Notes under the pieces: model-generated | Databases searched by the model: none | What the model saw: only the letters and a program-made list of their open reading frames with translations | What the model was told of the DNA's origin: nothing | Origin: Carpediemonas membranifera BICM | Taxonomy: Eukaryota; Protista; Fornicata | Direction: 5' to 3' | NCBI GenBank assembly: GCA_019828565.1 | Contig: JAHDYR010000033.1 | Span: 1 to 64,000, forward strand | Length of the DNA: 64,000 nt | Position numbers and translations under genes: made by a program | In this document: piece after piece, positions 48,524-61,465 of the stretch | Layout of the letters: the number at the start of each line of letters is the position of its first letter | Position numbering within the stretch: position 1 is the stretch's first letter

Positions 48524-49624
48524 ATGCTGCAGCAGTTCGAGCCATTCGAGTTCCCTGCCCATCGACTGGGGTCGGGTGCCTTTGGAGCCGTGTACCGGGC
48601 CCGACACCGCGTCGACCAGACGTACTACGCCGTGAAGGTGGTCAATCTGATGATGAAAACGCCGATCACTGAAAACGCAGTCGCAAAGTTCGTCTCTGAC
48701 GTCCGCGAGCGAATCATGCGCGAGGTCGACGCGCTCTCTCGCTTGAGCCACCCGAACGTACTACGGTACTTCTCATCGTGGGTCGACCCGCCCAGCCTGC
48801 TCCACCAGAAGTCGACCAAGCTACAGGCCAAGATACAGGTCCAGCCCGCCGCACGGAAGGCCATCATGAACCGACTCGCGGAGTTCCAGACCCAGGCGTT
48901 CAGTGACAGCGAGAGCGACACCGAGTCCGAGACGTCGACCACGTCTTACTCCTGCACCTCCAGCGCGGGGACGGTAACCGGGGGAAACGTCGTCGCCACA
49001 ACGGATGGCACGCCGCGCAGAGTCAAGATCGGCCGCGTGTTCATCCAGACGGAGCTGTGCAGCGGGACTCTCGAGGAGTGGAGCGGCGACCCGACAATCC
49101 TGCGAGGCTACCTGCGGGATATCCTCAACGGGCTCGCCCACATCCACGCCAAGGGCTTCACCCACAGAGACGTCAAGCCTGCCAACATCTTCCTCACTTG
49201 CGACCCACCCCGCGCAGTTTTAGGTGATCTGGGTCTCACGGCGTCGCTGGCCACCATCTACGACCCCTTTGAGGGCCACCACTGTCACGCCACGAGTGGG
49301 GCCGGGACACCGAGGTACATGGCGCCCGAGCAGACTGGGACGAGCTACGGTCCGCCTGTCGACATCTGGGCATTCGGGGTGATGCTCATCGAACTCACTC
49401 TGAAGCCGAAGACGAACTTTGAGCTGAAAGAGGCTGTCCGGACGATCAACACGGACGCACCCTTCTACGGCCCCGACTTTGAGTTCCACGGGCTGGTCAA
49501 GCGGTGTCTGCAGGTGGACCCCGAGAACCGGCCGACTGCGCAGGACCTGCTGAGGGATGATTTCTTCAGCATGGAGGCCGAGCTCATGAGTCTCCGGCAG
49601 CGGGTGGCGGAGCTCACTGGGTAG
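48524..49624 (+). CDS. eIF2-alpha kinase-family protein kinase, 5'-truncated duplicate
   Basis: LGSGAFGAVY, YAVK, HPNVLRYFSSW, S/E-rich kinase insert, FIQTELC, HRDVKPANIFL, GDLGL, GTPRYMAPEQ. Confidence 0.85.
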   Translation: MLQQFEPFEFPAHRLGSGAFGAVYRARHRVDQTYYAVKVVNLMMKTPITENAVAKFVSDVRERIMREVDALSRLSHPNVLRYFSSWVDPPSLLHQKSTKLQAKIQVQPAARKAIMNRLAEFQTQAFSDSESDTESETSTTSYSCTSSAGTVTGGNVVATTDGTPRRVKIGRVFIQTELCSGTLEEWSGDPTILRGYLRDILNGLAHIHAKGFTHRDVKPANIFLTCDPPRAVLGDLGLTASLATIYDPFEGHHCHATSGAGTPRYMAPEQTGTSYGPPVDIWAFGVMLIELTLKPKTNFELKEAVRTINTDAPFYGPDFEFHGLVKRCLQVDPENRPTAQDLLRDDFFSMEAELMSLRQRVAELTG

Positions 49625-50612
49625 GGGCAGGCTGGTCGGTCTGCTTGCTCGCTCGTGTCTATGCGTACAATAATAATGATGATAAATGACGACACGTTTG
49701 ATGGAGTGGTTTCGGGTGGCTTGGACAGAAGGTTGGTGTTCTCGGTTGAACGGGGAGTTATCTATGCATGCGTATGATCAGAGATCGCCATTTGTCGTCT
49801 TGGTACCCGGCGTCACACTCACTCTGAGGCGATCTCCCTCATTCGTGCGGAGTCCCTCAGCTGCACCACAGGAGATGTCGGGGTGCCCGATGATAAGACT
49901 GAACTGAGATTGACGGACGCTGTGACATCAGGTCTCAGGCATACTTGCCTCTGTGGATGCTGGGCAACGGTACCACCCAATGCCTGCAACCGATGAAAGG
50001 GTCTATCGAATGGCCGTAAATCACCCGAAAACTGGCGCAATAGCTCAAGCGGCCTTGGAGATAGACGGCGTTGGCAACCCTGAATCGCTATGACCCTGGC
50101 GCGGGTTTGCGCCATTTTTGCGCGTGAGGGTTCGCGAGCACTTTAATGCACGAGAATGTGTCTTCGGGCCCATTCTCGTGGAAGTGCGGCGCTGTGAGCT
50201 ATATGATCGCAGAACGGCTATCTGTTCCGTCTCCTCTGACAATCATACTTCCTATATCGATACTGGGTCGCAGGTTCCCGCGAGGTGAACTTCCCCACGT
50301 TGCCAGGTGTATCTCAGGGCTTTGTGGTTAGAGTATATTACTCCTTGACCAGGTTAAGCCAAAACCCACCGGGTATACGTTAGTTAACAACATCAAGTGC
50401 CGGACTACGTTTCTCAAGATCAAGAAGGATGAGCACGCGTGGGCGACCGAGCCTGCGCCGTGATGGTCTGCTGGCCGAAGCTGCCCTTCCAGCATGCCTC
50501 CGCGCGCACTGCACAGTAAACAATTTCGCCACCATCCTTGTCTGAATTTCAAGGGGTTGCTGGTCGGCAGGCAGCGTATGCAATTGGCAGCAACACTGCT
50601 TGGCGTCAGTGA
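48524..50612. repeat. 2.09-kb segmental duplication (partner 56969-59056)
   Basis: Near-identical sequence and ORF tracks. Confidence 0.95.
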
Positions 50613-50694
50613 TACTTCGAAGGCCATGGTTCGAGTGAAACCACTCGAAATACATGCGCGTTGCCTCCCAGTAATTTACGTAAAATCGCCTCTC

Positions 50695-52905
50695 TCAGCC
50701 TGCCGGGATATCCCCGAGATCAATCACCTCTGTCTCGCCGTCCTTGATCCGGACGTGCTTCCCCTTGAAGCCGTACCAGTCCGCCAGACAGCGCATGGCC
50801 CCGGCCGACAGTAGTCTGTAGTCCGTGCCGGGCTCGACCTCTACCCCCTTCCTGACGCGTTTCACCAGTGGCATCATGTCGATAACCGAGGGTCGGGGAC
50901 CGTTCTTACAGGCGAAGTCGACCCAACCCGCTAGCCAGGTACTCGGCACGGCATAAGCTGCGCACTCTGGTTGGCCCTGGTCGTAGCGACAGAGCGTTGT
51001 CCGCTCACGTTCCCTCACCCGGGCCAGCTCGCACTCGGGGCACCGCATCACCCCATCAAAGTCCGGAAGTCGTTCGCCGCCGTAAAGTGCGTGCAGACGG
51101 TCGGCTGCGGAGCGGGAGATGACCGTGAACGGGGGGTACTGCCCGCTGGTTCGTCTGGTGGCAGGTGGGTGGCGCCACCACTCGGGCCGGCCGACGTGGC
51201 TTGGGTGGAAGGGGCAGTGCAGGCTCGCAGCTGCAAGCGGGCCGGCAAATGGGAGCGCGGTCAGCCGGAACAGCCATTCACTAGGCAGCGCGGCCATCCC
51301 TTGCTTTGGGTCGGCCGGTTGGGTCAGCAACTCGGCCACGGCCGTGCGAGCAGTCTGCTGGCGCCTGGTCTGGCGGGCCGAGTACACGAGCAGGTATGCC
51401 TCCGCCCCGGCGACCGTGGATGGGGCGACGAGCTTGGTCTCGTGGTCGTTATACTCATGCCACTCTGATCCACACCGGCCGTACGCGATATAATGCCCAT
51501 ATCCGATCTTCCCGGAGTGTGTGACGACTCCTACACAGTCGTACACAGTCGCGTCATGCGCCACGGTCTCCGGGGTGACTGGTAGGGTCCTTCCGTCAAG
51601 TCCGAGGATAGCCCCCACACGCCGGTCGTCGCCCTCGCCGTGGTCGGACTCCAACGGCTGCGGTACCAGCTCGGCGTCGCTGACGTCGCTGTCCGCGATG
51701 GGGAGGCCCATGGCCTTTATGCCGCTCGGGCTGGGCTCGGGTCTGCGGGCCGTGAGGCGGGACAGGTCGAGCCCGGCGAGGGGGAACTCCACGTGGTCTG
51801 CGATCTTCTCAACAGCCGCCCCCGTTTGCTTGAATCGCTTCAAATGAAACACAAGCACGGGTGGGGCGCGGGCAAGCTTCACTGTCAGCGCGTGCTTCGT
51901 CGCAACGCCGCATTTCTCGCACGTCGCGGTGATCACCCCGCCCTGTGAGAACGCCCGCAGCATGGCCGCGAGGGACGCCTGGTCCTGGACAAAGGGCAGC
52001 GACAGGTCCAGGAAGGGATCGTCCGTCGATGTCCGCAGCCCGCACTGGCGGCACGTCTTGGCTGTGGCCATGGTGCCCTCGAACACCGGGGCCACCAGGC
52101 CGTCCACACCGAGGACAGAAACAACAGCCTTGCGGAGGTTGTCCATGAGCAGCAGGAAGGCCTCCTGGGCATCGTGCTGTTGAGTCCCGGCAAACATGGG
52201 AACGACGGTCTGGACCAGATGCGTGAACTCCGTCGGCTTCACCACACCCAGGTCTGCGGCAGGAGGATGCTTCATAGCCACCATCAGCTTGGTCAGGGCC
52301 CGCAGTAGATGGGCCTGTAGTCCGGTATCGCGGGCTGAGGGCGGGCCCAAGAGGGGCGGGGCGGGGGCAGTCAGGATCTGCAGGGCGAAGCCCAAGAAGA
52401 AGGACGAGAACGGGACGGTGTGGGACAGCGCCTGCAGTGTGGAGTTGAGGTAGCACGTGTTGGCCACATTGACGAGGCCCAGTGACGGCAATGCGGACCG
52501 GGACTGGCCGGGCGCCGCAAACACGGGCGTTGGGGCAAGCGGGGTGCCGCCTGACAACAACTGCATAGACTGGAACGTCGGGCCGGGCTCGGTTGACGTC
52601 TTGCAGACGGTGCAGTAGAACTGTCGTGCTGCCGTGTCGATGAAGATCGGGTGCTGCTGTGTGAGTGACAGGAACGGCAACTTTCCTTCATGTCGTGATG
52701 TTGGTGGCACATTGAGCGAAGCTGATCATCGTTGATCTGTTCACCACACTTTGTAACGGGAGAAATGGTAACAAACAGTCAGGCAGATCATCGGCTCCAA
52801 ACTGGGATCGCTTGGCGCGCTATCCGTCTTCTTTCTGGCTATAAACCGTACCAGCAGCTCCGCTAGTCGCTGGTCCGTGGCTTCGATGTGTTCGCATGAG
52901 GCCAT
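50695..52905 (-). CDS. Ubiquitin-specific protease (zf-UBP + USP + DUSP-like, USP20/33-type); short 5' introns
   Basis: MASCEH...CLTCG, GLVNVANTCYLNSTLQAL, QHDAQE, HLKRF, HSGKIGYGHYIAY, YNDH. Confidence 0.9.
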
Positions 52906-53315
52906 CTCGTTCTTGCAGAGTTGCGACTCCCCAGATAGCCCACGGCAGAGCGCAGCCCACGCGCCCAGGACTACCAGGACGGTATTGTGTGGCGCCTTGA
53001 GAGTCGTTGCCCCGGGCGCCTTTGGTTCGACTGGGTCTGCCTGATCGTCAGAGCTGGGTGCAGGATAGATGCAATTGTTACGAAATGCCTTTACTGCTAG
53101 CGTATACAGCTATCGCATTGACCAAGCTGACAGGCAACTGGTTTTGTGAATCAACTGAAGGCAGATACTAAAACTCGGGCGACTCAAGGCCCTGGAGTCA
53201 CGCGGACCGAACATACCAACGCATACAACCCCCTTCTGCCAGCGGAGACATCAGTCGCGGGGTGACCCGGTCAGAGTCACGCGCAAGTTAAAGAGGCACG
53301 CCGGAGATTGGGCGA

Positions 53316-54503
53316 ATGCCAACTCATCGCAAGCCTTCAGATGGCATATTTGCATTAGAACGACGAAGTCAAACCGTTGAACTATCACAGAGTGCGTTGC
53401 GACGAGCGATCGAGAAGAAGAAATCTCATGCAACAAAGAAGAGAAACCAGTCGCCACAGATGGATGCTTCGATATCAAAAGCATTCTCATCAGTTGCAAT
53501 TGCAGCAAAATCATCACATTCGAGCAAATTACCACAACCTAAACCGCCATCACTAATGGCGGAGAATCCTCTTCGAATCGATCGGCCATTACAGCAGTCA
53601 GGAGTCCACACGCACAACCCCAAGTCTCGTCATGTCGCCAAACCACGAGCTCTCTTCCAGTCACCGCGCGCTTCCGCCGTCCGAAGCCCCTCGTCGTTCA
53701 CCCACACAATGCCGCGGGCAGCCAGCCAATCTGAAGCCTCGCAGACGGCTGCACTGCCAAGCCAGAGGTTTTTGTACTCACCCCGCTACGACCCCGACGA
53801 TGAGGCTGCGGACATGGCCCGCCTGTTCCCCACAGCGCACACAGGAGATGGACCGAGGGTAGATAACGGCAGGACACTCCTGCACCAGAGAATGGAGTCC
53901 CAGCGGGCGATTGAGCGGACTTCGCCGACTCCCTGCCGCAGTCCGGCTCCATTCCCGGTCGACCCGGCCACGCCCGACATGCCAACACAGCGACTGAGCC
54001 CCAGCCGAATGCCCAGGGCTCGCCTGACCCAAGATGTCCAGGTGACTCCCACAGGCGACTCTCTGTGGCGGGCCCGGCGGGTGAACCCGGGCGATGAGTT
54101 CGGCCACCATCAGCACGGGAATGGACGCTCTCATGCAAATGAGGCCCGCCGACCCACACCATCCAAGGCTGGCCGGGCGAAGGGTCGTCCCCGCGGAATC
54201 TCTCTGTTCGAGGACACCGAAGTGACCGACGTTGATTTGTTCCAGGATCTGCGGGTGAAAGTCAGCTCACACGCCCCAGAGGTCGATGAGTTTACGAGGG
54301 ACTACTTCGAGCGGCCTGATCCAGCCCGGACGCCGTCGACCTTCCACATCAGCAGGGCCCCATTCCTGCCTGTGGAGCGGGCTGCAGTCAGGGATGAGGC
54401 CGATGAGCTGGCGATGGGCGTGGCGGACAGGCACTTTGAGAACCTCAGGCTGAGGCAGGGGGGCGGGTCGCGGTCGTTCGATTTGTTCCAGGATGACTTT
54501 TGA
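53316..54503 (+). CDS. Hypothetical low-complexity protein
   Basis: 395-aa S/P/R-rich ORF. Confidence 0.6.
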   Translation: MPTHRKPSDGIFALERRSQTVELSQSALRRAIEKKKSHATKKRNQSPQMDASISKAFSSVAIAAKSSHSSKLPQPKPPSLMAENPLRIDRPLQQSGVHTHNPKSRHVAKPRALFQSPRASAVRSPSSFTHTMPRAASQSEASQTAALPSQRFLYSPRYDPDDEAADMARLFPTAHTGDGPRVDNGRTLLHQRMESQRAIERTSPTPCRSPAPFPVDPATPDMPTQRLSPSRMPRARLTQDVQVTPTGDSLWRARRVNPGDEFGHHQHGNGRSHANEARRPTPSKAGRAKGRPRGISLFEDTEVTDVDLFQDLRVKVSSHAPEVDEFTRDYFERPDPARTPSTFHISRAPFLPVERAAVRDEADELAMGVADRHFENLRLRQGGGSRSFDLFQDDF

Positions 54504-54589
54504 GGACTATCGGGAGATGGCGGACGTGGCTTGCCCGAGTGGACGCCGCTCTGGATTATGAGTCGATCGAGTCACGTCTTCTGCCAACA

Positions 54590-55166
54590 TATGAGCCAAA
54601 AAACCAGCGTCTCCGGGACGTTTGAGGCTGCATCTCTCAATACCGACAGCAAGTCGTTGTCTTCAGCTGAGGACACCGATCGTCAAGCCAAGCGGGTTCG
54701 TCGTGCGGCAAAGCGACTGGTATCTGGCTCGGAGAAGCACACCGAGAGCCGCAATAAGCGGATCAGCGAGTCCTACGCGCTCCATGACAGCAACCAGTTT
54801 GCTTCCTTCAAGCTTGTCCGCGTGAAGGTGCATGGGAACGGTGTGAAGACCCTCCACCACGACGCACTCGTCAAGCAAGACGCCAGGCGCCACAAGACCG
54901 ACGAGCTGCTCACCCAGGAGGCCCCGGAGTCCCCTAGAGCCAAGCGTGAGGTTCTCTCGTTCAAGACGCCCGTGGTGCGACTGACCCGCAGGGCGGACAA
55001 GTCGGCCCCGGGCATCCTCAAGACTCCGTTGACACTCAACCCCGGTCTGACGCCAGGACCGGATAGCAAGCGAGGGCCAAGCAAGTCTGTGAGGAAGCCG
55101 AAGTCTCGGCCCTCGCGTCGGAAGCTGTTCCCGCTGGGCAGGGCTTTGCCGGCGTCGGAGGAGTAA
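54590..55166 (+). CDS. Hypothetical basic protein
   Basis: K/R/S-rich ORF; start uncertain. Confidence 0.55.
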
Positions 55167-55447
55167 TGTGTATGGATATGCGGTGTATTCCAGTGAGTAA
55201 ATTGTCTGGATTAGTGTGCTGACGATGGGTTGGGTGGCCTGGCAATACTGGATCAGTCGTTTGGCATATGTTTCGTTATGCTCCCTAAAAATGTTACTCC
55301 CGGGGCAGTACCATCAATAAGGAGGTGGAATACATGGACCAGCGTGGTTACAGACGCAGGATGGCACGTAGTGATGTCGTCAAGTATTGCAAGAAAAAAA
55401 ATAAAGCTGCACCAGCATCATCGCGGACAGCACGCGGAAATAATTCA

Positions 55448-56101
55448 ATGGTATTCAGCGCAGTTCTTAATCACGTCGAGCTAGAACGTGCCAAGAACGC
55501 GTTTGATTCGTTTGACAAGGAAGGAACAGGACGAGTGAACATATGGGACTTGAGAGCAATTCTGGAAGGTTTGTGGCATCTCCAGCCGTTAATACAGCGA
55601 TAGGGCAGCCTCCAACAGACGAGGAGCTGATCTCTCTGACGGGAGAAGTGGAAGCTGACGATGATGGTCTCCTGCGTTCGTTGCTTTTGCTTGAACCGAG
55701 AATTCTCGACGTGAGTTCACCGCCCGCGCGTATCAAGCATCGATCCCACCTCTAACACAGCATTTGACGAATTTATCAAACTTTTAGAAAAGAAGAAGCA
55801 AACGTCCTCGAGAACGGCCGAGGATACGGATACAATCGAGGCATGGGTCGCCTTGGGAGGGAAGGTCGACAAGACCGGCAAGATCTCCATTGAGAGGTTC
55901 CAGGAGCTGATCGACTCGTACGAGATGTCGCTCAATGTAGAGGCGATTCTCGTCTCAAAAATCGAGGCCAGGATGCGGGCGACCCTCATATCTACCGGCA
56001 CGCCCCGGCAAATCGTGGCGCCACGGGAGATCGAATATGACACGTACGCGGACCTGTGCTCGATGGAGGAGAGGCTGTACGGCGCCCCCAGCAAGAGCTA
56101 G
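55448..56101 (+). CDS. Calmodulin/centrin-like EF-hand protein, spliced
   Basis: AFDSFDKEGTGRVNIWDLRAIL, GQPPTDEEL, EADDDG, EAWVALGGKVDKTGKIS; intron beginning GTTTGT at 55569. Confidence 0.8.
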
Positions 56102-56443
56102 GGCTATTGTAAGTTACCAATGTAAACGGCACGCCATATCAGAGGGTATGTGTGTGGGGGGGGGACTTGAGTCTGGTCGGGACTGTGCATGATTGGGGCT
56201 TTGTCGATTGACGTCGATTGAGGGTTGGGCCTCCCGAGTGGAGTAAGGCGCTTACTATGTTCCTTGTACGGCACGGCGGTGGGAGGCTACTCTGACATCA
56301 TCAGCGAGTTCGTAATCAATTTGGGTTTTGATCGACTCGCACTCACGAGCGGGCTTATCCTTGCCTTTGATCCATCTAGAGGCTTAGTTTTACTGCTCAT
56401 GCCACCACATTCACCCACTTTATCCGGACTGACGTTGAATCTA

Positions 56444-58068
56444 ATGCAAAATCTCAGCGTGAGCTCCTCAATGATCGAATGGGGCGAGGACAGCTTCGAG
56501 GGCGAAGCTTTCAGCGATATTGAGTCTGTGCTGCCCGATAACCAGGAAAGAAAGGACGATGAGGTGGCATTTGATTCTGGTGACCTTGTCGTGTTCTCAG
56601 AGAAGTGCAGGGAGCTCAACTGCGACGCCACCCTCGAGTGCCTCCCTGAAAACATCATCTCTGAAATGAAGCGCTTCTCCCTTCAACCCGGCGACATCCT
56701 CCTGCTGTCTCTGCTCGACATCCACTTTGAGTACAACTCCGAGGCTGTTCACCGCGCCTTCCAAGCTGTCCGCCACTCCGACATGGCCAGCATTAATGCC
56801 GGCCACCTCCCCATGCTCCGGCGCCTATACGCCCCCGTCCTCAGCTCCGCAGTGCGAGCGCCGTTTGAGGTCGTCCAGGAGGTCCTGAAGCAGACGTACA
56901 ACGTCTCGCCCAGCCACCTGCCGCTCAGGGACATGCGGGAGCCGGCCCCTCTCCGGAAGGACGTCGGGATGCTGCAGCAGTTCGAGCCATTCGAGTTCCC
57001 TGCCCATCGACTGGGGTCGGGTGCCTTTGGAGCCGTGTACCGGGCCCGACACCGCGTCGACCAGACGTACTACGCCGTGAAGGTGGTCAATCTGATGATG
57101 AAAACGCCGATCACTGAAAACGCAGTCGCAAAGTTCGTCTCTGACGTCCGCGAGCGAATCATGCGCGAGGTCGACGCGCTCTCTCGCTTGAGCCACCCGA
57201 ACGTACTACGGTACTTCTCATCGTGGGTCGACCCGCCCAGCCTGCTCCACCAGAAGTCGACCAAGCTACAGGCCAAGATACAGGTCCAGCCCGCCGCACG
57301 GAAGGCCATCATGAACCGACTCGCGGAGTTCCAGACCCAGGCGTTCAGTGACAGCGAGAGCGACACCGAGTCCGAGACGTCGACCACGTCTTACTCCTGC
57401 ACCTCCAGCGCGGGGACGGTAACCGCGGGGACGTCGTCGCCACAACGGATGGCACGCCGCGCAGAGTCAAGATCGGCCGCGTGTTCATCCAGACGGAGCT
57501 GTGCAGCGGGACTCTCGAGGAGTGGAGCGGCGACCCGACAATCCTGCGAGGCTACCTGCGGGATATCCTCAACGGGCTCGCCCACATCCACGCCAAGGGC
57601 TTCACCCACAGAGACGTCAAGCCTGCCAACATCTTCCTCACTTGCGACCCACCCCGCGCAGTTTTAGGTGATCTGGGTCTCACGGCGTCGCTGGCCACCA
57701 TCTACGACCCCTTTGAGGGCCACCACTGTCACGCCACGAGTGGGGCCGGGACACCGAGGTACATGGCGCCCGAGCAGACTGGGACGAGCTACGGTCCGCC
57801 TGTCGACATCTGGGCATTCGGGGTGATGCTCATCGAACTCACTCTGAAGCCGAAGACGAACTTTGAGCTGAAAGAGGCTGTCCGGACGATCAACACGGAC
57901 GCACCCTTCTACGGCCCCGACTTTGAGTTCCACGGGCTGGTCAAGCGGTGTCTGCAGGTGGACCCCGAGAACCGGCCGACTGCGCAGGACCTGCTGAGGG
58001 ATGATTTCTTCAGCATGGAGGCCGAGCTCATGAGTCTCCGGCAGCGGGTGGCGGAGCTCACTGGGTAG
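56444..58068 (+). CDS. eIF2-alpha kinase-family kinase with N-terminal extension; frameshift near 57425
   Basis: Same kinase motifs as the 48524 copy; 1 nt shorter at ACCGCGGGGACG versus ACCGGGGGAAACG. Confidence 0.8.
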
Positions 58069-59293
58069 GGGCAGGCTGGTCGGTCTGCTTGCTCGCTCGT
58101 GTCTATGCGTACAATAATAATGATGATAAATGACGACACGTTTGATGGAGTGGTTTCGGGTGGCTTGGACAGAAGGTTGGTGTTCTCGGTTGAACGGGGA
58201 GTTATCTATGCATGCGTATGATCAGAGATCGCCATTTGTCGTCTTGGTACCCGGCGTCACACTCACTCTGAGGCGATCTCCCTCATTCGTGCGGAGTCCC
58301 TCAGCTGCACCACAGGAGATGTCGGGGTGCCCGATGATAAGACTGAACTGAGATTGACGGACGCTGTGACATCAGGTCTCAGGCATACTTGCCTCTGTGG
58401 ATGCTGGGCAACGGTACCACCCAATGCCTGCAACCGATGAAAGGGTCTATCGAATGGCCGTAAATCACCCGAAAACTGGCGCAATAGCTCAAGCGGCCTT
58501 GGAGATAGACGGCGTTGGCAACCCTGAATCGCTATGACCCTGGCGCGGGTTTGCGCCATTTTTGCGCGTGAGGGTTCGCGAGCACTTTAATGCACGAGAA
58601 TGTGTCTTCGGGCCCATTCTCGTGGAAGTGCGGCGCTGTGAGCTATATGATCGCAGAACGGCTATCTGTTCCGTCTCCTCTGACAATCATACTTCCTATA
58701 TCGATACTGGGTCGCAGGTTCCCGCGAGGTGAACTTCCCCACGTTGCCAGGTGTATCTCAGGGCTTGGTGGTTAGAGTATATTACTCCTTGACCTGGTTA
58801 AGCCAAAACCCACCGGGTATACGTTAGTTAACAACATCAAGTGCCGGACTACGTTTCTCAAGATCAAGAAGGATGAGCACGCGTGGGCGACCGAGCCTGC
58901 GCCGTGATGGTCTGCTGGCCGAAGCTGCCCTTCCAGCATGCCTCCGCGCGCACTGCACAGTAAACAATTTCGCCACCATCCTTGTCTGAATTTCAAGGGG
59001 TTGCTGGTCGGCAGGCAGCGTATGCAATTGGCAGCAACACTGCTTGGCGTCAGTGAGGCCCCTAACTCTACCCATACAAGGCATTTCTCCTCTCGCTAAG
59101 CCCTCATGATATGATGCAGTCAATCACAATCTGCAGAATCACCTCTTGTAGTTAGACTGGCCTCTAGGGACAGCAATATATGTCCTAATGCGCTAGCTCG
59201 GATATTATTGTCGATCATCTGATCCAGATCTGCACTCGGATATCTGGTTCATTTTTTCGAAGTCATTCGAAATCGAAGCAGGAGTGCAATATT

Positions 59294-61465
59294 TTGCCGA
59301 TGAAACGCCCAACACCGTTGCACATTGAGTGTAACTGCGATGCTATACCACCGACATCAACAATTAGCTCGAAGTCACCGAGTCCCGAGGTCGGGATTGA
59401 CGCTTTCTCCTCCAAGCTGCATCTGGCGCTCCCTTTCTTCTTTTTTGGACTCGTTATAGTTCTCGCATGTGTTTTTACATCGAGTATCTCCCCTCTTTCT
59501 GCCCAGATCCCTTTCCTCCTGCTCTGCTTCCCCCTCTGCCATTTGGCGTCAACACTTCTCCCCGATCTTCGCGCATTGTGGCGCTCCATAGAGCAAGCAT
59601 TGTGTCTAGGCGCGATAGGACTTGCCCAGCGGGCCCATTTGACCCACGTTGCACCCGTGGTATTCGCCTTCAATCTTGTCATCATGGGCCAGCGCCTCAA
59701 GATCTCCGCGAAACCCTCCACCTCCACCACTGTGCAGCTCCTGGACATCGTCTTAAGCTATGTTGCCTCCACCTACACCGACGCGACACCCACCTCCGTT
59801 TCGGCTTTCTTCGTGCTCTCCTTCCTCCTCTACTGCGTCATGAACGTGGGGACAGCAACCCTCTCGATACACGCCGTGCCACTGAGCGTCAACTACCAGA
59901 AGCCGGGCGCCCTGGCCGAGGTCGAGGAGGCCGTGGCCAGGTACCCGACCCGCTCCCCCAGCCTGGCCTCGCTGTCATCGTCATCCTCGACGGCCAAGAA
60001 CTCAGCGTCGACCACGCTGCAGTTGATGAAGCTCATGTACAAGTCCTCGTCCTGCGCCGACATTCGGCACGCGTTGATGGAGGCAATGGTCGACATCAGG
60101 GGGTGCGGTGGCGTCATCAACGTTGACGAGGATGAAGTCGTCATTTCATCCGAGACCAGGCGGTTCCTGACAGCCTTCACCCCCACAACCCCGCGGAGGA
60201 AGAAGCACGGCTCCTTTGGCCCCGACAGCCTGGGATCCTCCGCCCTCATGCGACAGATGACAGTCAGATCTCTGCCGGGCCGGACCATCGCCGGATCAGA
60301 CCTCAGGGCGTGCTACAGGGACATCGTCAACAGCGTCAGCGCCAGCTGTGAGAGATGGAACTTCGATGCCCTCGCTCTGGCCTTGAGACACGACCGTTAT
60401 CTCCTCGTGTCGACAACGTACCAGTGTCTACACGCGCTGGACATCGTGTCAGAGTTTAGTCTTGACGAGGGGGTCTTAAACTGCCTCCTCCTCGCCATCG
60501 AGGCGGGCTACTACAACAACGAGTACCACTGCTCGGCCCACGCCACAGACGTTGTCCAGGCGGTCTACTGGATGCTCTCGTGCGAGGGGGCCGGCATGGG
60601 TGATTATCTCACGCCCCTGGAAAAGTTCGCCCTTATCTTTGCTGCAGCGATCCACGATTACGGGCACATTGGTGTCAACAATGCATTCATATCCAATTAT
60701 TCAGGCCCAATCAGTATTAGATACAGTGACCGTTCGAATCTCGAGGCCTTCTCCCTCGCGTGTGTGTTCCAGATCATGTCTGACCCCGCCTACAGCCTCA
60801 TCTCCGACGATGATACTCGCCTCGCGTTCAGGGATCTTGTCATATCATGCGTACTAGCGACGGATATGGCGAAGCACAACGACGAGGTCCACCTGATGAA
60901 GGAGAAGCTCGCCTCCGGGGCCTTCACCGCCCCCATCACTGAGGCCGCGGACGGCCTGCTGCTCATGAAGCTCATCATGAAGGCCGCCGACGTCTCGAAC
61001 CCTGCCCGGCCAAGGCTGGTCTATCTGGCCTGGACGAAGCGGATTGTGTCGGAGTTCTTCGTACAGGGGGACGCGGAGAAGGCTCTCGGACAGCCTCTCG
61101 GGCCTTGCAATGACAGGGCCAAGCTCTGCTTCAGGAGTAACCAGCGCGGGTTTATTGACTTTGTGACGCGGCCGTTGTTCCAGATGCTACAGGAGATCGC
61201 ACCCGAGCCATGCCGGTTCAAATGTGTGCTCGCCAACCTGACGGCCAACTACAACTACTGGGATAGCGAGGAGTCGGTCAACTTCTCCTCCATGGTCAAA
61301 GCTCGGTCGCAGTTTAAGGCCTGCTCTGACGAGATCATCAGACGTACCGGCAAGCCGCTCGAGTCTGTGCACGTGCCGCGGTTGTCTGGTGCTGGAGGGA
61401 TGCAGGCGGACATCAAGCTGTCGTCCCCATCAGCGGAGATCAAGGTGGGCGACGTGGAGAACTGA
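59294..61465 (+). CDS. Class I 3',5'-cyclic nucleotide phosphodiesterase with N-terminal TM segments
   Basis: YHCSAHATDV, AIHDYGHIGVNN, LATDMAKH, ADVSNPAR, EFFVQGD, QRGFIDF. Confidence 0.93.
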   Translation: MPMKRPTPLHIECNCDAIPPTSTISSKSPSPEVGIDAFSSKLHLALPFFFFGLVIVLACVFTSSISPLSAQIPFLLLCFPLCHLASTLLPDLRALWRSIEQALCLGAIGLAQRAHLTHVAPVVFAFNLVIMGQRLKISAKPSTSTTVQLLDIVLSYVASTYTDATPTSVSAFFVLSFLLYCVMNVGTATLSIHAVPLSVNYQKPGALAEVEEAVARYPTRSPSLASLSSSSSTAKNSASTTLQLMKLMYKSSSCADIRHALMEAMVDIRGCGGVINVDEDEVVISSETRRFLTAFTPTTPRRKKHGSFGPDSLGSSALMRQMTVRSLPGRTIAGSDLRACYRDIVNSVSASCERWNFDALALALRHDRYLLVSTTYQCLHALDIVSEFSLDEGVLNCLLLAIEAGYYNNEYHCSAHATDVVQAVYWMLSCEGAGMGDYLTPLEKFALIFAAAIHDYGHIGVNNAFISNYSGPISIRYSDRSNLEAFSLACVFQIMSDPAYSLISDDDTRLAFRDLVISCVLATDMAKHNDEVHLMKEKLASGAFTAPITEAADGLLLMKLIMKAADVSNPARPRLVYLAWTKRIVSEFFVQGDAEKALGQPLGPCNDRAKLCFRSNQRGFIDFVTRPLFQMLQEIAPEPCRFKCVLANLTANYNYWDSEESVNFSSMVKARSQFKACSDEIIRRTGKPLESVHVPRLSGAGGMQADIKLSSPSAEIKVGDVEN

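Noticed and set aside
49686-50655. Possible spliced minus-strand gene within the duplication
   Set aside because: Only short ORFs; no exon chain or motif could be supported.
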